A stretch of 64,000 bases of DNA from an uncultured Candidatus Binatia bacterium (lineage in GTDB: Bacteria; Desulfobacterota; Binatia; UBA9968; CAXXLF01), in assembly GCA_965218425.1 (NCBI GenBank), contig OZ244621.1, forward strand, positions 64,001 through 128,000, written 5' to 3'. Below, one piece after another: positions 10,637-20,652 of this stretch. Within the stretch, counting starts at the first letter, position 1. The number at the start of each line of letters is the position of its first letter. The notes under the pieces are model-generated. The model saw only the letters and a list, made by a program, of their open reading frames with translations. It was not told the origin of the DNA and did no database searches. Position numbers and translations under genes: made by a program.

Positions 10637-11809
10637 ATGAGACGGCGCCAAACGGTTCCAGCGATTGTTGTGGTTTTTTTCAGCATTGCCTTGGCCCTGG
10701 GGGCTGTGGCCAGCGGGGGGGCCGCAGGTGTCCCCAAGACTGCCGGCGAACTGGCGCTCGAAGCGCTCGTCCAGCAGGCAAAACAGGAACCCAAGCGCGT
10801 CGTGTCGGGGATGACCGGGAGCGGTTGGCGCTTTTGGCCGGAACTCATGAGGCGCTTTAATGAACGGTTTGGGCTCGATAAAGAGTTGGCGCTTGCGCCG
10901 CCAGGGGTTTCGGAGAGCACCAAAATATCGCAAGCTAAGATGGTTGTAGCCGCGGGAGGGAAGCCAGAGTATGGGTGGTACACCACCGGTAGTGCCCACC
11001 TGGCTGTCCTTATGAATGAGAATTTCTCGGTGCCAATAGAGAAATGGGAACTTTTACTTTCGGAGATCAATCCTTTGGTGAAGTCTGGTCAGGTGAGCGC
11101 CAGCAGCATTAGCCCACCATTCTACCGCGGACACGGATTTACCTTGAGCACCCGGAGCAAGGGATACTTGTACAATACCGACACGATTACGCCAGACAAG
11201 ATGCCGAGAAGCCTCCGTGAGTGGGCCGACCCGAAGTACGCAGGGCGGTATGCCTATCTGCCTTACACGACCCGATGGGAAGCGTATGGCTTCAAATACC
11301 GAGATCGAAAGCAAGAGTACCTCGATATTGTGGACCGTATTGGGAAAGGGGTGCGAATCATCAGCAGGGCGAGTGATGAGCTGAACACCCGCTTGATAGC
11401 GGGAGAATTCGATTTCTATGGGACGAATGCATGGAGTTTAATCGACGTCAAGAAAGAACGGCCGGATGCGCCGGTAGGACTCTGGTTTTTCCCCGAGGAG
11501 CATAATGTGACAAGTGCGGTCATGATGTTCGTTCCAGTGAAGAGCACTACGCCCGCCACCGCAGCGCTCTTTATACTGTTCATGACCACCCCCGAAGCAC
11601 AGGAGCTGCGGTCTCAGGAGGTGCCGAATGTGCTCTATGGAACAACAGCCCCTGACCTGAAACTAAGGGCGGCGATGGAAGAAATCGGGGTTAAGCCATT
11701 CCTTTGGATAGAATCCGATGAAGCAAAGACGTTCCTCGCGTGGTACAAGACCAAGGAAGGAAAGGCGTTCCTTAAGGAGGTAAAGAAGCGAGTCCGGCAA
11801 CGGAAGTGA
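10637..11809 (+). CDS. ABC transporter substrate-binding protein (Fe(III)/polyamine/thiamine class)
   Basis: Signal peptide; YLYNT...P.S..EWADPKYAGR; AAALFILFMTTPEAQ; AGGAGG RBS. Confidence 0.85.
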   Translation: MRRRQTVPAIVVVFFSIALALGAVASGGAAGVPKTAGELALEALVQQAKQEPKRVVSGMTGSGWRFWPELMRRFNERFGLDKELALAPPGVSESTKISQAKMVVAAGGKPEYGWYTTGSAHLAVLMNENFSVPIEKWELLLSEINPLVKSGQVSASSISPPFYRGHGFTLSTRSKGYLYNTDTITPDKMPRSLREWADPKYAGRYAYLPYTTRWEAYGFKYRDRKQEYLDIVDRIGKGVRIISRASDELNTRLIAGEFDFYGTNAWSLIDVKKERPDAPVGLWFFPEEHNVTSAVMMFVPVKSTTPATAALFILFMTTPEAQELRSQEVPNVLYGTTAPDLKLRAAMEEIGVKPFLWIESDEAKTFLAWYKTKEGKAFLKEVKKRVRQRK

Positions 11810-12013
11810 CCGATGGCCCATTGCCGGGATAGCCTGTTGAGGATTATAGAGCTCGCCGGACAACCCGAAAAATCGCACCTGGGTGCCAAGGGATTGGGGA
11901 GGTTGACTGCTCCCACCGCGGCGGTATAGCCCATGACGGAATGGATGAGGCCTAAGACAAGGGCTCCGGAAGGGCTGAAGTTGGGAAATAATTGGACTCA
12001 TGGCTGATAGCGA

Positions 12014-13822
12014 ATGGCAAGCGTGGTAAACGGTCTTAGGGTTCAACGAATCAGGGCGACGCTCGGAAGGGGCGCTGAGAAATATTCGAAGCCGCACTAC
12101 GTGCCCCTGGCTCTGGGAGGTCTTCCGCTTGTAGCTGTGGTCGTTTTGGGGGTGTTCGCGCTCTATATGAGCTTCGTTCCCCTCCTCCCCACGACCCTCG
12201 AGTGGACGCTGGACCACTGGAAGGGCGTCATTCGACCCTACATGATAACCCAAGTGCTACCGAACACCCTCATTGTCGGGTTCGGCACGGTAACCCTGGC
12301 ACTGTTCTTCGGAGCTCCTATCGCGTGGTTGCTCAATCGCACCACGATGCCTCTACGCACCTGGATGTTCGTGGGCATCGCAATCGCATTGATCATTCCG
12401 GGGTTCGTAAAATCAATGGGATGGGCAGTCCTCCTGAACGAGCGCATCGGCATCATAAACAGGATGCTCACGGCCGTCCCCGGCGTGGATACCATTCCCC
12501 TCTCAGTGGGCAACATCTGGGGAGTCGCATGGGTTCAGGGCCTGACGCTCACTCCTATGGTAGTTTTCCTAGTTTCCGGTCCCATGCGCCAACTTGATCC
12601 GGCGTTAGAGGAAGCAGCGGCCACCTCTGGTGTCAACCGCTTTGTGACTTTCCAACGCATTAGCCTACCGTTAGTCTTGCCGGCCATTCTAGGAGCTGGC
12701 ATCTATGTATTTATGACGGCCGTGTCCATCTTTGAGGTGCCGGCGATCCTGGTCGGACTGGGGGGGCAGGCCCCTGTGTTGGCGACCGAGCTATTCTACG
12801 CAGTTCAAGGCGATGACGTGTTCGCAGAGCCGTCGTTCGGTTCCGCTGGTGTTTTTGCCGCCTTGATCATGGTACCCAGTTTGGTGGCTCTCTATTTTTA
12901 TTTCAAAGTCATAAACCGGTCCTACCGGTATAGTGTGGTGACCGGCAAGGGCTATCGTCCTAGGCTGGTTGACCTGGGCCGATGGACCTGGGCGGGCGTT
13001 GGCTTTGTTTCCCTTTACTTGACCTTGAACACCGGCCTCCCGTTTCTGGCTCTTCTGTGGAATTCTTTGGTTCCCTATCAGCTTCCCAGCTGGAGTGCTC
13101 TGGACAATATCTCATTCCAACACTATCACCCAGGGACGTTATTTACCCTGTTTGGCGGCTGGTCAGTGATCCGCAACACGATTGTCTTAATGGTGAGCGT
13201 GGGCGTCGGAGTGACGTTCTTTAGCGTGATGATTTCGTGGGTAGTGGTACGGACGAGGCTGCCCATCCGGCGGCCGTTGGATATGATAGCCATGCTGCCG
13301 CATGCGATTCCGGGTCTGGCGTTTGCGTTTGCCCTGTTCGTGATTGCCTTGGTGCTGGATATCCGGATATCGTGGCTGTCGATCAGGGGCACGCTAGCGC
13401 TTCTTATTATCGCAAACCTACTTAGCCAACTTTCCTTCACAACACGGCTGACCAACGCGGGTCTGATTCAGGTGCACCGCGAGCTAGAGGAGGCAGCAAA
13501 CGTCTGCGGGTGTGCAACGCTCAAGACCATCTGGACTGTCCTCATTCCGTTGATCCGGCCCACACTGGTGTTCGCCACCGCATATGTGGCCCTTCGCACT
13601 TTCCGCGAGTTAACCATGGCGCTGTTTCTCGCAAGCCCTGAGAGCCAGGTCGTTTCGGTGAAGGTCTTCCAAATGTGGACGGACGGATCTCCAACTGAAG
13701 CCGCGACCGGTGGAGTGATGTTGATAGTTGTCATGTTACTCTTGGTGTTACTGGCGAATTTTGTCAGCCGTGGCCGCATTCTGGGACGAGCAATGACCAC
13801 CCGGCCCGAGGGGAGCATATGA
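12014..13822 (+). CDS. ABC transporter permease (FbpB-like, two fused TM domains)
   Basis: Two EAA loops (LEEAAATSG, LEEAANVCG); many hydrophobic segments. Confidence 0.9.
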   Translation: MASVVNGLRVQRIRATLGRGAEKYSKPHYVPLALGGLPLVAVVVLGVFALYMSFVPLLPTTLEWTLDHWKGVIRPYMITQVLPNTLIVGFGTVTLALFFGAPIAWLLNRTTMPLRTWMFVGIAIALIIPGFVKSMGWAVLLNERIGIINRMLTAVPGVDTIPLSVGNIWGVAWVQGLTLTPMVVFLVSGPMRQLDPALEEAAATSGVNRFVTFQRISLPLVLPAILGAGIYVFMTAVSIFEVPAILVGLGGQAPVLATELFYAVQGDDVFAEPSFGSAGVFAALIMVPSLVALYFYFKVINRSYRYSVVTGKGYRPRLVDLGRWTWAGVGFVSLYLTLNTGLPFLALLWNSLVPYQLPSWSALDNISFQHYHPGTLFTLFGGWSVIRNTIVLMVSVGVGVTFFSVMISWVVVRTRLPIRRPLDMIAMLPHAIPGLAFAFALFVIALVLDIRISWLSIRGTLALLIIANLLSQLSFTTRLTNAGLIQVHRELEEAANVCGCATLKTIWTVLIPLIRPTLVFATAYVALRTFRELTMALFLASPESQVVSVKVFQMWTDGSPTEAATGGVMLIVVMLLLVLLANFVSRGRILGRAMTTRPEGSI

Positions 13823-13871
13823 TCTGTCATTTCGTTCGAATTCGGGGAAGCTACCGCGGTAAGGACGAACC

Positions 13872-15038
13872 GTGATTCGCGTCCAGGATCTAAAGAAACA
13901 ATACGCGACCGAGACCGGCTTTGTAGATGCCATCCGTGGCGTCAGCCTGACCGTTCAGCCTGGTGAAATCTATACGTTATTGGGTCCGTCCGGGTGCGGG
14001 AAGAGTACGATGCTGCGCTCGATAGCAGGGCTGGAAAGGCCGAACACGGGAACGATCACCGTTGCCGAGGACCAGGTGGTATTCAGCCTAGTAGAAGGGA
14101 TCAACGTTCCCGCACACCGCCGCGGAGTGGGAATGGTCTTCCAGTCATACGCTATCTGGCCACATATGACCGTGTTTGAAAACGTGGCGTTTCCTCTTCG
14201 GCACGGGAGCTTTAAAGTTCCGAAAAGCCAGGTTAGGGACATGGTTATGAGGACGCTGGAGTCGGTCCAACTCGCAGCATTCGCAGACCGGCCCTCGCCC
14301 TTGCTCAGCGGCGGTCAACAACAGCGGGTGGCTTTGGCGAGGGCACTAGTCTATGAGCCAACCATCCTTCTGCTCGACGAACCGCTTAGCAATCTGGACG
14401 CCCAGCTCCGTAAGGAGATGCGCAGCGAAATCGCGGCGCTCATAAAACACTTAGGAGTGACCGCTCTGTACGTCACGCACGACCAAGAAGAGGCGTTGGC
14501 CATCTCCGACAGAATCGCCGTCATGGACGACGGCCTGATTCAACAAGAGGGGATCCCCGACGAAGTGTACACCTATCCCGCTACCGTGTTCGTAGCCCAA
14601 TTCGTAGGCAAGAGCAACTTCATGAAGGGTCGAGTCACGCAAGTCACACGGGACATGATCCGTGCGGCGTGCGGAAGCTCCGTCATCTCTTCTTGGCACC
14701 ATTCCGGTTTCAGCCACCTCAAGGTGGGCGATGAGGTCCAGATTTGCATTCGTCCGGGAGATGTCGAACTCCACCACAATCAGACGGCATCTAGGCCGAA
14801 TAGCTTCCCCGCCGAGGTTGAAAAGGTCACGTTTTTGGGGGGAAGCAGGCACACCATCATCCGTGCCGGGGAAATCGGACTCGAAGCTGAGAGCCATGGG
14901 AGGAGCAGGTTTGCGGTGGGAGACCGCGTGTGTGTTGAACTACCCGCCGATAGTATCAGGCTATTCAGTTCCACGGAACCTGCTACGCAAACCGCTTCCC
15001 CTTCCCAGAACGCCGTTCTTGACAATATGGAGCACTAA
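13872..15038 (+). CDS. ABC transporter ATP-binding protein (FbpC/PotA-like, TOBE domain)
   Basis: GPSGCGKS, LSGGQQQRVALARA, LLLDEPLSNLD, VTHDQEEA. Confidence 0.95.
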   Translation: MIRVQDLKKQYATETGFVDAIRGVSLTVQPGEIYTLLGPSGCGKSTMLRSIAGLERPNTGTITVAEDQVVFSLVEGINVPAHRRGVGMVFQSYAIWPHMTVFENVAFPLRHGSFKVPKSQVRDMVMRTLESVQLAAFADRPSPLLSGGQQQRVALARALVYEPTILLLDEPLSNLDAQLRKEMRSEIAALIKHLGVTALYVTHDQEEALAISDRIAVMDDGLIQQEGIPDEVYTYPATVFVAQFVGKSNFMKGRVTQVTRDMIRAACGSSVISSWHHSGFSHLKVGDEVQICIRPGDVELHHNQTASRPNSFPAEVEKVTFLGGSRHTIIRAGEIGLEAESHGRSRFAVGDRVCVELPADSIRLFSSTEPATQTASPSQNAVLDNMEH

Positions 15039-15112
15039 CGTAGACTGGAATTCGGCCAGCACCGATGACGTTCAGAGGTGCGGACGGAGATCGGCCTTGT
15101 AAGGAGGTGGCC

Positions 15113-16324
15113 ATGCTTAGTCTGGAAGAGAACGAACTACTGACACAAGTTGGTCGCGGAACTCCGTGCGGTGAATTGCTCCGCCGCTACTGGCAGCCAG
15201 CTGCCCTTAGTGAAGAGCTGCCGGCGGATGGGCCACCTATTCCCATCCAACTTCTAGGTGAGAACCTGGTTCTTTTTCGAAACGACGGAGGACGTGTTGG
15301 CCTGCTGGGCCTTTACTGCTCCCACCGAGGTGCCGATCTCAGCTATGGGCGGCTTGAGGACGGCGGCATCCGCTGCATCTACCACGGGTGGTTGTATGAC
15401 ATTCACGGGCGCTGTTTAGAGCAGCCGGCTGAACCTCTAGAGAGCAAGTTCGCCGAAAAGATTCGACACCCTGCTTATCCATGCGTCGAACGGGCAGGGC
15501 TGATCTTCGCATACTTGGGTCCGGGAGAGCCACCTCTATTGCCCAACTATGAGTTTCTGACGGCGCCGCGGGATCACATTATCGCCAGCAAGGTGTACAG
15601 CGAATCTAACTACCTTGGGGCCTTGGAGGGCGGGATCGATCCGGTCCATGTGACCTTCTTGCACCGGGACCTTTCCCGGGCATCCGACCCGCGGACCTTT
15701 GGCGACACACCGCCTGCGATCCACACGGAGGAAACTGATTTTGGCGTTCGCATTTACATGGTCCGAAAGATCGACTCTGATCAAAACTACGTCGGTATCA
15801 CTAACTATGTTCTCCCAAACGTCAACACGTTCATGGGGCCATTTGGCCGGTCCGGATATAGCGCCAACTGGTTCGTCCCGATCGACGACACCCACTGCTG
15901 GAAATACAACTTCAACTTTGACCGGGAGAAGCCGATACCCGATGACGACCGCCGCCGCCGTCGCGGCGACACGGATGCGAATTATCACCCTGTCGCCAGC
16001 AAGTCGAACCGGTACCTGCAGGATCGGGCGTCCATGAAAGCCAAAAGCTATGCGGGGATACCCGTCGAGCACTTCCAGGCGCAGGATGCTTGTGTCGCGG
16101 AGGGGCCAGGGCCCATCCAGGATCGCAGCCAGGAACACCTTGGCTACACGGATCAGGCCATCATCGCGTCCAGAAACCTGTTACGGCGGGCCATCGAAGC
16201 GGTCCGAGTGGGGAAGGAGCCGCCCCATGTGATCCGCGAGCCTTCAGCCAACCGGCTTGACCATCTCGTGGTCCGGAGCGAGGTGCTCCCTCAGTCGGTG
16301 GACTGGCGCTCCTTCTGGCGGTAG
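15113..16324 (+). CDS. Rieske oxygenase, phthalate 4,5-dioxygenase-like alpha subunit
   Basis: ENELLTQVGRGTPCGELLRRYW, CSHRG..CIYHG, EGGIDPVHVTFLH, QD..GPIQDRSQEHLG; AAGGAGG RBS. Confidence 0.9.
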   Translation: MLSLEENELLTQVGRGTPCGELLRRYWQPAALSEELPADGPPIPIQLLGENLVLFRNDGGRVGLLGLYCSHRGADLSYGRLEDGGIRCIYHGWLYDIHGRCLEQPAEPLESKFAEKIRHPAYPCVERAGLIFAYLGPGEPPLLPNYEFLTAPRDHIIASKVYSESNYLGALEGGIDPVHVTFLHRDLSRASDPRTFGDTPPAIHTEETDFGVRIYMVRKIDSDQNYVGITNYVLPNVNTFMGPFGRSGYSANWFVPIDDTHCWKYNFNFDREKPIPDDDRRRRRGDTDANYHPVASKSNRYLQDRASMKAKSYAGIPVEHFQAQDACVAEGPGPIQDRSQEHLGYTDQAIIASRNLLRRAIEAVRVGKEPPHVIREPSANRLDHLVVRSEVLPQSVDWRSFWR

Positions 16325-16387
16325 CGGCTACAAGACGCCGAACGGTCCGCGCAACTTTCAACGGTTTCGTCCTGGAGGAGGTGAGCG

Positions 16388-17373
16388 ATGGCAGCAACAC
16401 AACGCGTGATACGGCGGCCCAGGACCATGAGGTCGCGTCTCATGCTGGAGGTGGCCTCCGAGTTGGTGGCCGGGGAGGTTCCTGGCCTGGAGGAGGAGTG
16501 GCCTTACCACCAGGTAGACATTCGCCTTCGGGAGCAGGGCGGCAACGATTGGCGGCTCTGCTTTTTCGCGAGCGACGGCCCCAACGCCGTCGACTCCATC
16601 ATGAGCGGCGAGGCCAGCGTGGCGATCTGCAACCCGGGCGGCGTACTGTGGCTATGGCGGTCCAGGGAGCTGGGCCCTTCAAGGAACCACTACCCCTAAG
16701 GGCGATCATGGTGCTCCCGCAGTTCGACCAGCTCGGCTTCGGTGTCAGCGCCAGCACGGGTCTCGCGGATGTTTCCGACATTGGGGACCGCCGCTACCCG
16801 CTGAAGGTGTCTCTTCGCGGGCAGCGAGACCACTCGGTCCACATGGTGGCGGATCAGGTCTTCAGCGTCCATGGATTCTCGCTAGACGACATCGTCTCCT
16901 GGGGCGGCGAGGTCCGCTACGACGAGGAGATGCCGAACGGGCCGAACCGCATCGGCGCGGTCGAGCGCGGCGAGATCGACGCATTGATCGACGAGGCGAT
17001 GCCCATGTGGGGCGCGAAAGCGCTGAATCTCGGGATGCGCTTCCTCAAGATCGATGAGCCATACCTGCAGCGGTTAGAAGCAATAGGGTTACGACGAGTT
17101 GCGATCACCAAGAAGGAATGGCCCAAGCTGGACCGGGACGTGTGGACCGTTGACTTCAGCGGCTGGCCGGTGTTTTGCCGTGAAGACCTCGCGGATGATA
17201 TCGTGCACGCTTTTTGCGTCGGGCTCGAGGCACGCAAGGATCGAATCCCGTGGTACGGCGTTGGACCGCTCCGGCTTGATCTGATGGTTACCGACACGCG
17301 CGAGGCGCCCCTTGCGATTGCGCTGCACCGGGCCGCCGAGCGCTTCTGGCGGGAGCGAGGGTACATCCATTGA
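16388..17373 (+). pseudogene. TAXI-like PBP2-fold protein, frameshifted near 16647-16651
   Basis: Frame 1 MAATQR..ASVAICNPGGVL joins frame 2 AMAVQGAGPFKEPLPLRAI..LHRAAERFWRERGY. An extra TG in ctgtggct explains the shift; sequencing error is possible. Confidence 0.75.
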
Positions 17374-18608
17374 CCGACTCGGGACCTACAGAAACCTGGA
17401 CGGGCTTTTCGCTCGCCGAGCGAGACCGCCGCTGGAATGCCGTTCGGCGCAACGCAGTCGCGGTGGGCTTCGATTGCATCCTGGTGCCCCCGTGCGTGGA
17501 CGGCAGAAATCTCCGGATCTCGCCGGAGAACTCGCGCGGAACCCGTTCGGACTGCCGCTACCTGACACAGATGGAGAACGCGGCGGTCGTCTTCCCAACG
17601 GACGGCCGCGCTCCGGTGGTGATCAATGATCGGGGGATCGGAAACAAATGGATAGCCGAGGCAAGGCCGGTCGCCGCGGGAATACGAGGTCCCCGGGCCC
17701 CCGCAGTTGCGGAGGCATTGCTCGACCTGGGAATGGAGCGGGCCCGGATCGGCGTCACGGGCTTGAAAGGGGGCAGATTTGGACATGTTCGTGCTTCCGA
17801 CGGCACGGTGACTCATGGGGCCTATGCGGAAATCCAACGACGCCTTCCCAATGCTCGCTTCGAGGATGCGACCGATATTGTCGGATGGTGCCGCTACGTG
17901 AAGAGTGAAGAAGAGATTGCGTGTCTGAAACGGGCAGCTGCCATCACGGCAGCCGGCATCCAAGAGATGATTGCCGTGGCCCGCTCGGGCGTGGATGTGG
18001 CCCTTCTGTACGCCAGCATCACGAGGCGTATGCTGGAACTCGGTAACGAGCATCACCCATGGAATCTTGAAATCGGACCCATCGGTGAAGCGCTGGCTCA
18101 CATCGAAGACCCGCCCATCGGCCGACGGCTCCAACCCATGGATCTGATCACCAACGAGATCTATGCCGTCTGGGGCGGTCTGTCTGTACAGGACGTTCAG
18201 CCTATTCTACTAGGACTGATTCCGGAAGAATGGAAACCAGTGATCGACGTGCAGGAGGAAGCGTTCGAGGCGGGGCGAGAGTTCATGCGGCCGGGTAGAC
18301 CCTTCCGCGATCTCATTGGCGTAATCAACCACGTGGGAGCAAGGCGGGGGATGCGGACTGCCGTCATGCTGCACAGCCGTGGCTATGGCAATGAGGGTCC
18401 TTACGTGAACCCCCAGGATGGACCCTCAGATGTCATCCAGGATGTCCACATAGAAAAGAATACGGTCTGGGTCTGGAAGCCTCACGCATACAGTGCCGAC
18501 GGGCAAATCTACTTCCGCTGGGGGACTTCCATCCTGGTGACCGACAAAGGCGGCGAACCCCTGATCTGCCGTCCGCACGGCATGGTCTCCATTACTGGGT
18601 ACAGCTGA
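17370..18608 (+). CDS. M24/creatinase-fold protein with altered metal ligands
   Basis: FSLAERDRRW N-domain, RYVKSEEEI; ligand positions read NE/Q/H/K/G instead of D/D/H/E/E. Confidence 0.8.
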   Translation: MTDSGPTETWTGFSLAERDRRWNAVRRNAVAVGFDCILVPPCVDGRNLRISPENSRGTRSDCRYLTQMENAAVVFPTDGRAPVVINDRGIGNKWIAEARPVAAGIRGPRAPAVAEALLDLGMERARIGVTGLKGGRFGHVRASDGTVTHGAYAEIQRRLPNARFEDATDIVGWCRYVKSEEEIACLKRAAAITAAGIQEMIAVARSGVDVALLYASITRRMLELGNEHHPWNLEIGPIGEALAHIEDPPIGRRLQPMDLITNEIYAVWGGLSVQDVQPILLGLIPEEWKPVIDVQEEAFEAGREFMRPGRPFRDLIGVINHVGARRGMRTAVMLHSRGYGNEGPYVNPQDGPSDVIQDVHIEKNTVWVWKPHAYSADGQIYFRWGTSILVTDKGGEPLICRPHGMVSITGYS

Positions 18609-19801
18609 TGGGAGACCGCCGCGAAGAAGAGGCGGCCGGTGGCTGGGCCGGGTACTCCCTTGGCGAACGGGACCGGCGCTGGCAATCCGTTCGCGAGAAC
18701 GCTGCCAGGGCCGGCTTTGACTGCATCTTCATTCCCCTAGGGAACGGCACTGACGGTCGCTACCTGACGGGGTACCGGGCGGCGTCGGTGGTGCTTCCAA
18801 TCAATGCCCAGCCGCCCATCGTGATCATTAATCCCCTTACCGAGCGAGGTGCTACAAACAGCTGGGTGCCTGAGCCACGCCGGGTGGGACGGCAGTGGGG
18901 CGAAGCGATGGCCCAGGCACTACTCGATACGGGCATGGAACAGGCCCGGATCGGAGTGACAGGCCTGAAGGGATGTACGCTGAGCCACGTGCGAGCGCCC
19001 GAGGGCGTGGTCAACCACAGCTCCTATGCGGAAGTGGTGAAGAGGCTACCGAAGGGCCGCTTCGAGGATGCCACAGATATCCTGGGGTTCGCCCGATACG
19101 TGAAGAGCGTGGAGGAGGTCGAATGTCTCGGCCAAGCGGCCGCTATCGCCGAGGCTGGCATCGAGGAGATGGTGGAGGCGGCGCGTCCAGGCCTCGAAGT
19201 GACAGTGCTTTACGCCAGGGTTATGGAACGCATGCTGGAGCGAGGAAGTGAATACTATCCCCTGGTGCTCTCGGTGGATCCGATTGGCGCACCCGAGCGG
19301 ATTCGCTATGCTAGCCCGCCCGCCGGCCGACGGCTCGAGGCCGATGCTCTCATCACCAATGAGGTGAGCGCCATCTACAGTGGCCAAATGTGCCAAGATG
19401 TTCAGCCCATCGTGTTGGGGCCGATCCCGGAGGAATGGAAGCCGGTCATCGAGCTCCAGCGCGACGTCTTCTATGCAGGCATCGAGTTCATGAAGCCAGG
19501 GGTGGCTCTCGGGGAGTTGATCGACCTCGTCAATGGGTTCGGAGAGAAGCGGGGTATGAAGACGATGACCATTATGCATGGACTCGGTTACGGGGACGAT
19601 GGTCCATTACTGACGCCGCGCGAGCAAGGTGAAAACGTTCGGGACGTGCGACTCGAGGAAAGGAACGCCTTCGTCTGGAAGCCCTCCGCCATGACCCCCG
19701 ACGAGCGGATCTCCTTCGTCTGGGGAGGTGGTGTAGTAGTAACTGAGAAGGGCGGCAAGCCGCTCTTCAAGCGTGGTTACGGGATGGTGGCGATCGCGTA
19801 G
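18608..19801 (+). CDS. M24/creatinase-fold protein, paralog of the upstream gene
   Basis: Clearly similar to the 17370 product (ARIGVTGLKG, RFEDATD, PIPEEWKPVI, VWKP); TGATG overlap. Confidence 0.8.
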   Translation: MGDRREEEAAGGWAGYSLGERDRRWQSVRENAARAGFDCIFIPLGNGTDGRYLTGYRAASVVLPINAQPPIVIINPLTERGATNSWVPEPRRVGRQWGEAMAQALLDTGMEQARIGVTGLKGCTLSHVRAPEGVVNHSSYAEVVKRLPKGRFEDATDILGFARYVKSVEEVECLGQAAAIAEAGIEEMVEAARPGLEVTVLYARVMERMLERGSEYYPLVLSVDPIGAPERIRYASPPAGRRLEADALITNEVSAIYSGQMCQDVQPIVLGPIPEEWKPVIELQRDVFYAGIEFMKPGVALGELIDLVNGFGEKRGMKTMTIMHGLGYGDDGPLLTPREQGENVRDVRLEERNAFVWKPSAMTPDERISFVWGGGVVVTEKGGKPLFKRGYGMVAIA

Positions 19802-19997
19802 CTCTCGACCCGTGATGGCGTCTGAACGAACCAATGTCCCCTGAGCTGGGCCTGACCCAGGGGGTGGCCCAGGTTCTGCTGGGTCCCGAGCAGCCGGTAA
19901 CGGTGGCTAGGCTCAGCGATAGCCGGAAAGTGGCGGTGATGGTATTTCGGTACCCACCCCGTATTTGCTCGGTGCCATTTCAATTTACAGGAGGGGC

Positions 19998-20381
19998 ATG
20001 ATGCCTAGAGATAACACTAAAGAGGTGAAGATAGAGGCAGGGGACGTCGCGGTGTTCAACCCTGAAGATTTTCGGTTCTTTCATCCCGACGAGCCCATGA
20101 TCGTCGGGGTCTATCGGGATGGGATCGATATTCGACACATCACCCTCAGGAATTTCGAGCCAGGGCAGGTTACGGATCTCCACATCCATCCGGAGAACGC
20201 CCACTGCATCTACATCCTTGAGGGAAGCGGGGAGGTCTTGAGGGATGGAGCCCCGCCGCTGCCCGTCAAGGCCGGCCAGTTCCTCGTCGTTCCCCGGAAC
20301 ACACTGCACGGCCTGCGCAACACGGGCGACCGCAGGCTTTCCTACCTGGGCGTAAACGCTGGAGCCGAGCCGGGCCAGTAA
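19998..20381 (+). CDS. Cupin domain protein
   Basis: HIHPENAHCIYILEGSG...VPRNTLHGLRNTG; AGGAGG RBS. Confidence 0.85.
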   Translation: MMPRDNTKEVKIEAGDVAVFNPEDFRFFHPDEPMIVGVYRDGIDIRHITLRNFEPGQVTDLHIHPENAHCIYILEGSGEVLRDGAPPLPVKAGQFLVVPRNTLHGLRNTGDRRLSYLGVNAGAEPGQ

Positions 20382-20652
20382 CGGCCTGAGAAGCCCCATT
20401 TGTTCTGCAAGCAATGCGCGTGGAGCCAGGCCTGGTGTACGTTCGACTGTCCGGGCTTGCCCACTCCTCGGGCAGTGGAATCGAACGCATCGATGCCTTC
20501 CTCGGAGAGAGTTGCCTGGACGTTCTGATTGACGTTCGGAGGGCTTGGCCGCGACGATCATGATCGCCCGGCCATCTCTAGTCTCCACGTGCGCGGCCAA
20601 GCCGACCGCGTGAGACTGCGCAGAGGGGAGCGAGCAGCCGGTAGGAGGAGCC

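Noticed and set aside
16917..18134. 405-aa minus-strand ORF and other long antisense ORFs (e.g. 4569-5366, 34540-35322)
   Set aside because: Antisense to well-supported genes in GC-rich sequence; no recognisable motifs.
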